Shown here: positions 47,512 to 56,594 of the stretch, one piece after another | Position numbering within the stretch: position 1 is the first letter of the stretch | How the letters are laid out: every line of letters starts with the position of its first letter | Assembly: GCA_046861645.1 (NCBI GenBank) | Contig: JBHHUM010000003.1 | Span: 1 to 59,764 of the forward strand | DNA length: 59,764 nt | Direction: 5' to 3' | From: Fidelibacterota bacterium | Lineage (GTDB): Bacteria > Fidelibacterota > Marinisomatia > Marinisomatales > UBA2128 | The notes under the pieces: model-generated | What the model saw: only the letters and a program-made list of their open reading frames with translations | Told to the model about the DNA's origin: nothing | Database searches by the model: none | Position numbers and translations under genes: made by a program

Positions 47512-48891
47512 ATGAAAAAGACATTTAACCTGAAGAAAGCATTTTCTAAGCATCTTAATGATGCTGGATTTTTTCCGAAAGGGTCGGGTATTCTGCTGGC
47601 TGTATCAGGAGGGGTGGATTCTGTCGTATTGTTAGATTTAATGAGTTCATTAGCCCAAGAGCAGAATTGGCGACTTGAAGTGGCTCATTATAATCATGGT
47701 ATCCGGGGAAGAGCCGCAGATGAAGATGAGAGATTCACCAATGAGTTGGCTATGGAGAAAGGTTTACCGTTCCATCGAGGTAAACTCCCAGTTATGCCGG
47801 TTAATCATAAGATGAATTGGGAAGCCTATGCTCGACACCATCGCTATGAATTTCTAGAAAAGTGCCGAAAAGCCGCTGGATTAGACTGGATTACTACTGC
47901 TCATCATGCTATGGATCAAGTGGAAACAATGTTTATGAGACTTCTTCATGGTACTGGTGTCAATGGATTACAAGGTATTCATGAGCAGGAAGGAATAATT
48001 GTTCGTCCGTTACTTCGATTTCGGAAGGAAAGTATCGATGAGTATGCTCAGGATCAGAATTTATTGTACCGGCACGATGTTACTAATGATGACCTTCACT
48101 ACGAACGCAACTTCCTTCGTAAAAATGTTCTTCCTCTCCTGGAGAAGCGTTTTCCGGATTATCAGGAGAATTCAAGAATTTTATCAGAAAATATTCGTGA
48201 ACTGGAAGAATTTGTCAAAGCGCTTTTAGAGCAAAAGGTTGAGAAACTGTTGACAGTTCGTAATGATGGGGTTTTGTGTCTGAATTTACTTCATTTCTCA
48301 GGAGAATCTACTTTTATTAAAAAACGTCTGATTCACTACCTCACTGACGGTAGAGAATGGCGCGCTCATGTTTGGTATTCTCTGGAAACTTTCTTCCGTT
48401 CTTCCCAAATAGGTCGAATGATGACACTGCCGGGTGGATGGACATTATTAAGAGATCGGGAAGATTTTCTCCTTACTCAAAAGGGATTAAAGCAAACCAC
48501 GAGTAATCCTCTTTCTTTTGAAGCGGATAATGTATCCCTGATGATGGGTAACTATCGCTTTGAATTAGAAATACTCGACAAAGTAATTCCATTTGTTAAA
48601 GATGAGAGAGAAGAAATTATTGATGTAACTGCCATTCCTGAGAATAGTTTTGTGCTACGTGGATGGCAGCCAGGGGACCGAATGCAGCCTTTAGGGTTGG
48701 GAGGTAGTAAGAAAGTAAGTGATATTCTCATTGACCGAAAACTTGATCGCTTAACTAAAGCTCGTCAGTATGTACTCACTTCGGGAGGAGAGATTGTTTG
48801 GCTTTGTGGAATTTGTCTTGATGATCGCTTCAAGGTGACTACCAGTACTTCCAGATTTGGACGCCTTAAGTGGCGAAAGGAGAGTGCTTAA
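47512..48891 (+). CDS. tilS: tRNA(Ile)-lysidine synthase
   Basis: PP-loop LAVSGGVDSVVLL, TAHHAMDQVET and a C-terminal TilS domain. Followed by hpt and ftsH. Confidence 0.9.
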   Translation: MKKTFNLKKAFSKHLNDAGFFPKGSGILLAVSGGVDSVVLLDLMSSLAQEQNWRLEVAHYNHGIRGRAADEDERFTNELAMEKGLPFHRGKLPVMPVNHKMNWEAYARHHRYEFLEKCRKAAGLDWITTAHHAMDQVETMFMRLLHGTGVNGLQGIHEQEGIIVRPLLRFRKESIDEYAQDQNLLYRHDVTNDDLHYERNFLRKNVLPLLEKRFPDYQENSRILSENIRELEEFVKALLEQKVEKLLTVRNDGVLCLNLLHFSGESTFIKKRLIHYLTDGREWRAHVWYSLETFFRSSQIGRMMTLPGGWTLLRDREDFLLTQKGLKQTTSNPLSFEADNVSLMMGNYRFELEILDKVIPFVKDEREEIIDVTAIPENSFVLRGWQPGDRMQPLGLGGSKKVSDILIDRKLDRLTKARQYVLTSGGEIVWLCGICLDDRFKVTTSTSRFGRLKWRKESA

Positions 48892-49409
48892 TGCATGAAT
48901 TGATTACTGCTTCTCAAATTAGTAAACGTGTTAAAGAAATGGGCTCTGAAATCTCTCGAGATTATGCTGGACGCGTACCTATCTTTGTAGGAGTACTGAA
49001 TGGGAGTTTCATCTTTATGGCAGATCTTGTTAGAGAACTTGATATTGACTGTGAAGTGGATTTTATCAAGGTATCCAGTTACGAAGGGATTGCCTCTACG
49101 GGAACTATCCATCTACGTAAGGACATATCATCCAATGTAACTGAAAGAGATGTAATTATTGTGGAAGATATTGTTGATTCAGGGTTAACTATTAATTTTT
49201 TAAAATCTCGTTTGGAAGAGGCAGTTCCTTCGTCAGTTGCCGTAGCAACTTTACTTTTTAAAAGCGAAGTAGCGAAGCTAAATTTCCAACTAGATTATGT
49301 TGGATTTGAGATTCCTCCGGATTATGTTGTAGGGTATGGACTTGATAAAGATCAGAAAAAGAGGAACTTGAAGGGCATTTTCTCGATAGAAAACGGGTTG
49401 GAGGAATAG
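48891..49409 (+). CDS. hpt: Hypoxanthine(-guanine) phosphoribosyltransferase
   Basis: PRPP-binding [24 protein letters not shown] overlap with tilS. Confidence 0.9.
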   Translation: MHELITASQISKRVKEMGSEISRDYAGRVPIFVGVLNGSFIFMADLVRELDIDCEVDFIKVSSYEGIASTGTIHLRKDISSNVTERDVIIVEDIVDSGLTINFLKSRLEEAVPSSVAVATLLFKSEVAKLNFQLDYVGFEIPPDYVVGYGLDKDQKKRNLKGIFSIENGLEE

Positions 49410-49432
49410 AACAGTCAAGGAAATTTTATATT

Positions 49433-51460
49433 ATGAGTGAAGAGAAACAAAGAAACGATCCCAATATACCTGATAATCTACCTGATAAAGAGCCGCAAAA
49501 AGGAAACCAGGGTTTCCAGTGGAAGCAAGCTGGTAAAACGTCTCTGATCTGGGTTATTATCCTGATATCTGCCATTTTTGTTTCTGGACTATTTACCAAT
49601 AGTGACCGTGATAAAGTTAAACTTGAGTACTGGGAATATGAGCATTTCCTGACTTCGGGATTAATCGCTTCCGCAGAAATTATTGAGAAAGAATTTCACG
49701 GTAAGCTGAAGAGACCTACTTCGATAGAGCGAGGTACCCAAAGGATTCCTATTGAATCATTTTGGGTCGTATTACCCAGAGAGGCTGATGAAGCGATGGA
49801 GGCGGAATGGAAGGCGAAAAGTGTTCAATACACTTTCAGTCAACCCAGTGTAGATTGGATGGGTTATCTATTAAGCATGGCGCCCTGGTTATTGTTGATC
49901 GTGTTTTGGATCTTTATCATGCGTCGGATGCAAGGTGCCGCAGGTGGCGCAAAAGGATTATTTAGTTTTGGTCGTAGTAAAGCACGTCTCTGGACAACGG
50001 ATAAACCAGGAGTTACTTTCGAAGATGTGGCTGGTTGTGAAGAAGCCAAGACTGAGCTTACGGAAATTATCCAGTTCCTTAAGAATCCCAAGCGATTCCA
50101 GAAATTGGGTGGTAGAATTCCTAAGGGTGTACTGTTACTTGGACCTCCCGGGACTGGAAAGACATTAATGGCTAGGGCAGTAGCTGGTGAAGCTGGTGTA
50201 CCTTTTTTCAGTATCAGTGGCGCCGATTTTGTGGAGATGTTTGTCGGTGTGGGTGCTTCCCGTGTACGTGATCTCTTTGAGCAGGGGAAGAAGCACGCTC
50301 CAGCTATTGTTTTTATTGATGAGATTGATGCTGTGGGCCGTCACCGCGGAGCTGGACTTGGCGGGGGGCATGATGAAAGGGAACAGACTCTCAATGCATT
50401 ATTAGTGGAAATGGACGGCTTTGAGCCTAATACCAATATCATTATTTTAGCAGCTACCAACCGACCAGATGTTCTCGATTCAGCCCTGCTCAGACCAGGA
50501 CGCTTTGATCGCCAGGTAGTCGTCGACGCTCCTGATTTAAGAGGGAGACTTGGCATTCTCAAGGTCCATACTCGAGAAATTCCCATGAAAGATGTCGACC
50601 TTGAAATCATTGCTAAAGGGACACCCGGACTTGTGGGAGCTGATCTAGAAAACATTGTGAACGAAGCGGCTCTTCTGGCAGCCCGGAAGGATAAATCTAA
50701 TGTGGACATGGATGATTTTGAAGAAGCTAAAGATAAGGTGATGATGGGTGTAGAGCGGAAAAGCATGCTCTTGAGTGATGAAGAGAAGGAGTTAACAGCC
50801 TATCACGAATCGGGACATGCTCTGGCTGCTAAACTATTGCCTGATGCAGATCCCGTTCATAAGGTGACTATTATCCCTCGCGGTCGGGCATTAGGTTTAA
50901 CTGCCCAACTTCCTATTGATGAGAAACACAATTATGCTAAATCCTATATCGAGACTCGTTTAAAAGTGCTCATGGGTGGTCGAGTGGCCGAACAGATTAT
51001 TTTCGGTGAACTGACAACCGGGGGAGGTAATGATATTGAGATCGCTTCTAAAGTAGCCCGAAAAATGGTGTGTGAGTGGGGGATGAGTGATGTTATGGGT
51101 CCCCTCACTTTTGGTAAGAAAGAGGAAGAAATCTTTTTAGGGCGAGAAATTGCTAAACACCGCGATTACAGTGAGCTTACAGCCCAGAAAATCGATGAGG
51201 AAGTGAGTAAAATTATTACCGATGCGGAGAAATCTGTAATGAAGCTTTTGAATGACAATGTTGAAAAACTACATGCTTTGGCTAAAGTACTCTTGGAATA
51301 CGAGACCATAGATGGGACGGAAATTGACGGTATCCTGGCTGGTGAGAAACTGAAACGGCGACCTGCCAGGGAACAAAATGGTCAAACTGTTGACAAGGAA
51401 GCTAAACCGGAAATGGTCTCTGCAAGTGAACCAGTAGAAGAGGAAAAAGAAAGCGAATAG
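49433..51460 (+). CDS. ftsH: ATP-dependent zinc metalloprotease FtsH
   Basis: Two TMs, [20 protein letters not shown] region and the HESGHAL zinc motif. Confidence 0.97.
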   Translation: MSEEKQRNDPNIPDNLPDKEPQKGNQGFQWKQAGKTSLIWVIILISAIFVSGLFTNSDRDKVKLEYWEYEHFLTSGLIASAEIIEKEFHGKLKRPTSIERGTQRIPIESFWVVLPREADEAMEAEWKAKSVQYTFSQPSVDWMGYLLSMAPWLLLIVFWIFIMRRMQGAAGGAKGLFSFGRSKARLWTTDKPGVTFEDVAGCEEAKTELTEIIQFLKNPKRFQKLGGRIPKGVLLLGPPGTGKTLMARAVAGEAGVPFFSISGADFVEMFVGVGASRVRDLFEQGKKHAPAIVFIDEIDAVGRHRGAGLGGGHDEREQTLNALLVEMDGFEPNTNIIILAATNRPDVLDSALLRPGRFDRQVVVDAPDLRGRLGILKVHTREIPMKDVDLEIIAKGTPGLVGADLENIVNEAALLAARKDKSNVDMDDFEEAKDKVMMGVERKSMLLSDEEKELTAYHESGHALAAKLLPDADPVHKVTIIPRGRALGLTAQLPIDEKHNYAKSYIETRLKVLMGGRVAEQIIFGELTTGGGNDIEIASKVARKMVCEWGMSDVMGPLTFGKKEEEIFLGREIAKHRDYSELTAQKIDEEVSKIITDAEKSVMKLLNDNVEKLHALAKVLLEYETIDGTEIDGILAGEKLKRRPAREQNGQTVDKEAKPEMVSASEPVEEEKESE

Positions 51461-51485
51461 GTATTCCCCTTTGGTTTCCTTTTTT
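51442..51485 (+). terminator. Possible weak intrinsic terminator overlapping the end of ftsH
   Basis: ggaaa (51442-46) pairs with tttcc (51475-79), and aaag (51450-53) with cttt (51469-72), around an internal loop. A T-run follows at 51480-51485. Confidence 0.3.
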
Positions 51486-51529
51486 ATAAAGAGCACCTTA
51501 CTTATCATACCTGAAAAGATTTTTACCAC

Positions 51530-52363
51530 ATGACAGTATCAGATTTACTACTTCAGGACCGCACCCTTATCATGGGTGTTCTAAACGTTACCCCTGACTC
51601 GTTCTCTGATGGAGGTGCCTATTTAGATCCAGAAAAAGCTATCGCACAAGCTTTGCGAATGGCCAAAGAGGGAGCAGATATTATAGATATTGGTGGGGAA
51701 TCATCTCGACCTGGAGCTGAGCCGGTAAGTGTTATGGAGGAAATAAGGCGTGTTTTACCGGTAATCACTGCATTACAGAAACAGATTGATATACCCATCT
51801 CCATCGATACTTATAAGGCATCTGTAGCTGAGGAAGCTCTGAAGGCAGGTGCACAATTAATTAATGATATAACCGGTTTACGGGGTGATGACCGTATGGT
51901 GCAACTGGCGGCTGAATATGATGTCTATACAGTAATCATGCATATGAAAGGGACACCCCGGACAATGCAACACAATCCCAATTACGAAAACCTGATGGAA
52001 GAATTAGTACAGTTCTTTATGAAACAAGTCGCTTTCGCTCTTGCAACTGGTATTAACAGAGGGAAGATCATTATTGATCCGGGAATAGGGTTCGGGAAAC
52101 GAGTGGAAGACAATTTCATCATCCTGAATGAACTGCAGAAGCTTGTGGAGATAGGTTATCCTGTATTGGTAGGTCCATCGCGGAAATCTTTTATTGGCAA
52201 GACGTTACACCTTCCTGTGGAGGAGCGACTGGAGGGCACTTCTGCAGCAGTAACAGCAGCAATTCTTAATGGAGCTAAAATAGTACGTGTACATGATGTT
52301 AAGGAGATGCGGAGAGTAGTATTGATTACAGATGCCATCCGGTTGGAAAGGGTAGACGCATGA
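51530..52363 (+). CDS. folP: Dihydropteroate synthase
   Basis: MGVLNVTPDSFSDGG, DIGGESSRPGA and VRVHDV motifs. Confidence 0.95.
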   Translation: MTVSDLLLQDRTLIMGVLNVTPDSFSDGGAYLDPEKAIAQALRMAKEGADIIDIGGESSRPGAEPVSVMEEIRRVLPVITALQKQIDIPISIDTYKASVAEEALKAGAQLINDITGLRGDDRMVQLAAEYDVYTVIMHMKGTPRTMQHNPNYENLMEELVQFFMKQVAFALATGINRGKIIIDPGIGFGKRVEDNFIILNELQKLVEIGYPVLVGPSRKSFIGKTLHLPVEERLEGTSAAVTAAILNGAKIVRVHDVKEMRRVVLITDAIRLERVDA

Positions 52364-53133
52364 CTCTTTTGAAATTTGGTTTCCTAACTATTACTCTTGT
52401 TGATGTCATCGATATCATCCTGGTAACGTGGCTTTTTATCCAGCTTTACCACTATTTCAAAGGTACTCGTGCGGGACACATGCTGGTCGGATTAGTCATA
52501 ATTCTCATATCTTCATTCTTGTTCAGAGCCTTTGGGATGCGGGGCATGATTTGGATCATAGATCAGATACAGACCGTGTGGGTAGTAGCATTTGTTATCC
52601 TTTTCCAACCTGAATTGCGACGTTTGTTGATTAATGTCGGTCGGACGCGCTTTGTACGGAGGTTTTTCAAGGTAGGAACTTCTAAAACTATTGATGCAGT
52701 TGCCGAAGCGTGTGCTGAACTTCGACAGCGGAAATGGGGTGGGTTAATTGTTTTGCAACGCGATACTGGACTAAAGACCATTAAGGAAGCGGGTACTCCT
52801 TTAAAGTCAGAGGTGACCGCACCACTTTTGGTTTCCATATTTAATCCCCAGTCACCTTTACACGATGGTGCCGTCATTATCCAGAATGATGTACTGGAAG
52901 CGGCGCAATGTATTTTGCCGTTAACCGATAGTGAGCAGCTGGATCCGAATTTGGGAACCCGTCACCGGGCAGCCTTAGGGATAAGCGAGGAGACAGATGT
53001 AATAGCTGTAGTTGTATCTGAAGAGACGGGACGTATTGCCATAGCCATGAATGGTGTCCTCCGCCCTAATCTGGATGAATTCGACCTCCGCAGGGAGCTT
53101 AATGAACATCTGTTTGTGGGTTCAGGTGAGTAA
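52360..53133 (+). CDS. cdaA: Diadenylate cyclase CdaA/DacA (c-di-AMP synthase)
   Basis: Three N-terminal TMs. DAC-domain motifs HDGAVII and LGTRHRAALG. Confidence 0.9.
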   Translation: MTLLKFGFLTITLVDVIDIILVTWLFIQLYHYFKGTRAGHMLVGLVIILISSFLFRAFGMRGMIWIIDQIQTVWVVAFVILFQPELRRLLINVGRTRFVRRFFKVGTSKTIDAVAEACAELRQRKWGGLIVLQRDTGLKTIKEAGTPLKSEVTAPLLVSIFNPQSPLHDGAVIIQNDVLEAAQCILPLTDSEQLDPNLGTRHRAALGISEETDVIAVVVSEETGRIAIAMNGVLRPNLDEFDLRRELNEHLFVGSGE

Positions 53134-53736
53134 AGGATTAGTTTTCTACTGTTGAAGTACCTATTTAATTAATGTTCTTATACTTACTTATGTAATAGTT
53201 AAAAAGTTCATTATTGCTCTTTAAGTATTTACTGTGACATATAAAGCAGCAGAAGAATAACAACAAGGAAATTGAAAGGAACTTCTCCGGGCAGGTGTGA
53301 AAATCTATTTTCTTGGGTAAGTGCCAAGAAAACTGTTGAAGCCACCATGATGCAAGATAGAATGAATGAAGTTCCAGATGATTATGATATGGCGTAGAGG
53401 ATTTCTTAAGCACAGGTTGAACAAATGAGCCGACATATATTGCACAGATCGTACCCTCGTAATCTGGTAGAGGAGTTCCCTAATTCACCCAGTAGGCCAT
53501 AAATTAATGATAACAGAAACCCCCGCGAATGAGAAGATTACAACAGTAATCATAACAACTTTTCACACTTTTAACTTAGTTATTTCATCCATAGTTAATC
53601 TTCCCTTGTTATCATTTTGTTATCGCTTATTAATGTCTTAATAGAATTTCATAATCTCAATAAATTCACATCTCTTTTTATTCTCTTGGCAGAAGCAATG
53701 CATTTTGAATGATATCATTTAAGAATAGTGCTTGGA

Positions 53737-54012
53737 TCATCTCCTTAAGGCAATCCAACCTAAAGTAAATGCAAACGGGAAAAATATAGTAGGAACGAAT
53801 GTATAAGGATGTAGAAAGAACCCCCTCCAAAAGCTGACATTATATCTAACCATTACAGGTATGATAATAATAAACCAGTAGATAATTAACATCAGCAAAT
53901 TACTAATTTCCGATGTCCATAATGCCCAAATATGTCCTGATTTAAGCCCGAAGTATGCCACTCCTAATTGAAGGATACCCATACCTGCGCTTAAACTCCA
54001 GGCAACAATCAT
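53737..54012 (-). CDS. Hypothetical small membrane protein (about 3 TM)
   Basis: 91-aa hydrophobic ORF. Its ATG lies 2 nt after the stop of the upstream 78-aa ORF. No recognised family. Confidence 0.4.
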   Translation of the reverse strand: MIVAWSLSAGMGILQLGVAYFGLKSGHIWALWTSEISNLLMLIIYWFIIIIPVMVRYNVSFWRGFFLHPYTFVPTIFFPFAFTLGWIALRR

Positions 54013-54014
54013 TA

Positions 54015-54251
54015 TTAGTTCTTATAATGTGCAATTTGTGGACTTTCGTTCAGGATTTTCACTGGACTTTTCCCTAAAACCATGGGATCTATTGTTTCAC
54101 CTAAATAGAATTGCTTCGTTAGTTTGACAGCACCAAAAGAATAGATAATAGTCCCAATTATTCCCAATATAGTGTAGATCGCTCCACAAATGATAAATAA
54201 GATAGTAGAAATACCTAAGGGACTGGACCATTCAAAATTTGATTTCATCAT
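54015..54251 (-). CDS. Hypothetical small membrane protein (1-2 TM)
   Basis: 78-aa ORF preceded by AAGGAT, with TM ISTILFIICGAIYTILGIIGTIIYSF. No recognised family. Confidence 0.4.
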   Translation of the reverse strand: MMKSNFEWSSPLGISTILFIICGAIYTILGIIGTIIYSFGAVKLTKQFYLGETIDPMVLGKSPVKILNESPQIAHYKN

Positions 54252-54403
54252 TAAGATCCTTTCAATTAGTTAATTGAATTCATTTTTAGCTGAGTAAGTC
54301 ATCTTCACTTAAGTTCTGTTACCAAACTATAATAGCATCTTCTTGCCTTCTATTACTTCTTCGCAGGAATTCAGTAGGGATAAATATGAAATACAAGTTA
54401 CCA

Positions 54404-54868
54404 CTATCTAGGGTATGAGTCACTTTGAGAAACCTCTGAAAATATGTAATGACGCCACTTTCTCACGCAGGATAATGGAAAACCATCAGGTGATTGAAAA
54501 CCGAATAGGACGATGGAAGAATCTACAGAATTTAATTTCAATATGACTTCACTTCCCACTCTTAATGGTATACTGCAAATAGATTCTTCTTGTGGGAACC
54601 ACATATCGACAATAGGAAGATTTGAATCCTTCAAAACATCTGCTAATGAGTCAGCTGCAGTGGTATCAAAAAAACCAATCCAATTTAAGTTGTGTTGGTA
54701 AAAAGTAGAATCCCAACTTGAGGGTATATCAGTATAGGATACAATTTCTAAATTTATTTGAAGTTGGAAATCTCCATCGCTTGATTCAGTAGTTTGTTGA
54801 CATGATACCAGAAATGAGATTTCAAGACCTATCAAAACTTGAATAATGATTGTTAGAATAGATTTCAA
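54404..54868 (-). CDS. Hypothetical envelope protein (lipoprotein-like LVSC box, or TM anchor of a longer TGA-interrupted frame)
   Basis: TTG start. Hydrophobic segment ILTIIIQVLIGLEISFLVSC precedes a ~130-aa soluble domain. The same frame is open for 74 further codons upstream (see findings). Confidence 0.4.
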   Translation of the reverse strand: MKSILTIIIQVLIGLEISFLVSCQQTTESSDGDFQLQINLEIVSYTDIPSSWDSTFYQHNLNWIGFFDTTAADSLADVLKDSNLPIVDMWFPQEESICSIPLRVGSEVILKLNSVDSSIVLFGFQSPDGFPLSCVRKWRHYIFSEVSQSDSYPR

Positions 54869-55170
54869 AACCTGATTCCTGACAACAGTTTCCAGGCCAT
54901 TTACTTTGTGTACAAGGGGGACTTCATGATAATTATTAATTGGGCAATTGTAATTTAAATAGAGTGTTTTATCAATACATTTTTCTGAGACTACTTCTAC
55001 AGAGCTTTGTACTGAGATCCATTCGCAGATTTGAGATAGATTATTTTCTAGTTGAGGACATATTTGAGCTGATTGAATTAATATAGCAAATCAGGTCAGC
55101 TGCCAACAGCTAACTGTCATCTGTGAACCTGTCATTAAGGGTAAACTGGTTAACTGTAACTGAACCTATC

Positions 55171-55198
55171 TTGTCATTCAGGGTGAATTTCGTAAATT
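55171..55198 (+). promoter_or_regulatory. Candidate sigma70-type promoter for prfB
   Basis: TTGTCA (55171-76), 16-nt spacer, TAAATT (55193-98), about 25 nt upstream of ATG 55223. Confidence 0.3.
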
Positions 55199-55222
55199 CA
55201 ACCCCAAAAGGTAACTACAGGA

Positions 55223-56360
55223 ATGGATTTATCTACGTTACGAGAACGGTTTCAGACGACGGACAGTCGCTTTCGTGAGCTCCGGGGGTATCTTTGACCT
55301 TCCGGAGTTGAATTCTACTTTGGCTACACTTCGTAAACAATCTGTGGCTGCTGATTTCTGGAACGACTCGTCATCTGCTCAAGGAGTATTGAAAAAGATT
55401 GCAGCCCTCGAGAAGGAAGTCACCCTATGGGAGACTGCTCAATCTACCCGGGATGATGTGGAAGCGCTTCTAGAGCTTTTGGAGGAAGAGAAGAGTGATG
55501 ATAGTTCTCATCTCCAGGAAGCAGTTGAAGAACTGGCTAAGTTTACCCGTACTGTTGATAATCTGGAAATGAAGCTGATTCTCAGTGGGGAAGATGACAA
55601 TAAGGATGCAATTCTCCAGATCCATCCCGGAGCGGGGGGGACAGAGTCACAGGATTGGGCTGATATGCTTTACCGCATGTATGTCCGCTGGATTGAGCGG
55701 CAGGGGTTTTCCTATTCAGTTATCGATTTTCAACCAGGGGAAGAGGCAGGTATCAAGGATGTAACTATCGAAGTACAGGGTGATTCAGCCTACGGTCTCC
55801 TGAAAGCTGAGATGGGTGTCCACCGCTTGGTACGTATATCGCCATTTGACGCTTCCAGTCGTCGGCACACTTCTTTCGCCAGTGTATTTGTCTACCCTTC
55901 TGTGGACGAAAATATCGAAATCGATATTAATCCTGATGACCTGAAGATAGATACTTTCCGGGCCAGTGGAGCCGGGGGGCAACACGTGAACAAAACAGAT
56001 TCTGCAGTAAGGATCACTCATATTCCAACAGGTACGGTAGCACAGTGTCAGAATGAACGTTCACAACATAAAAATAAGGTCAATGCTTTGAAGATACTCA
56101 AAGCCCGTCTTTATCAACTGAAATTAGAGGAACAGGCCGAAGCACGGCAGGATTTAGAAGACCAGAAGATGAACATAGGTTGGGGAAGTCAGATTCGTTC
56201 CTATGTGTTTCAACCGTATACGATGGTTAAAGATCATCGAACCAAGGTAGAGGTGGGAGATGCCAAGCGTGTCTTAGATGGAGATCTGAATGGTTTGATA
56301 CGAGCCTACCTGCTCCAGAGATCAGGTAAGGCTATTATCAGGGATGAAGCCTCTACTTAA
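55223..56360 (+). CDS. prfB: Peptide chain release factor 2, requiring a programmed +1 frameshift (join 55223..55294, 55296..56360)
   Basis: Frame 0 reads MDLSTLRERFQTTDSRFRELRGYL and then TGA (55295-97). The +1 frame continues DLPELNSTLATLRK... and carries SPF and SGAGGQHVNKT motifs. The track's GTG 55275 start is an artefact of the frameshift. Confidence 0.95.
55283..55298 (+). promoter_or_regulatory. RF2 autoregulatory +1 frameshift site
   Basis: CGG GGG TAT CTT TGA C. It has an internal SD-like GGGGG, the slippery CTT and an in-frame TGA followed by C, nearly identical to the E. coli site AGG GGG TAT CTT TGA C. Confidence 0.9.
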
Positions 56361-56594
56361 TCCAAGCCTTTATGGTAATGGAGAAACCCTGTAAAAGCCT
56401 AGTAATTGGTGATTGGAAATAGTGAGTGATACCCGTTTTTGTTTGCATGACCTGTCCACTTAGTTGCTACTAATCCTTCTTGGATATGAAGTCAAACAAC
56501 AAGTAGGAAATGGACAAGCTGTTACGGGTACTTTACATAACTAATCTCAATTCGAATATTCATAAGTCATGTTATTGAAAAGGAGTGAGAAATC

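Noticed and set aside
53165-53413. An 82-aa reverse ORF and neighbouring short reverse ORFs (53485-53553, 22 aa hydrophobic MITVVIFSFAGVSVIINLWPTG; 53305-53436, 43 aa) lie in the AT-rich spacer.
   Set aside because: They have no RBS and no family resemblance, and they are in mutually different frames. In sequence this AT-rich they could be remnants or chance ORFs. A type I toxin-like role for the 22-aa peptide is pure speculation.
53440-53480. A tRNA-like D-arm look-alike (cctc-gtaatctggta-gagg) in the AT-rich islet could be a remnant tRNA integration site.
   Set aside because: The flanking sequence offers no matching anticodon stem, T-arm (GTTCRANYC) or acceptor stem.
53708-53719. A perfect 12-bp palindrome AATGATATCATT lies downstream of the 91-aa reverse ORF.
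   Set aside because: A short AT-rich palindrome in about 27% GC DNA is plausibly chance, and no second copy was noticed.
56361-56594. A 234-nt prfB-lysS intergenic region could hold a riboswitch, T-box or sRNA.
   Set aside because: I could not recognise L-box or T-box conserved cores or a strong terminator/antiterminator pair. It contains only very short ORFs (22 aa or less). It should still be scanned with Rfam.
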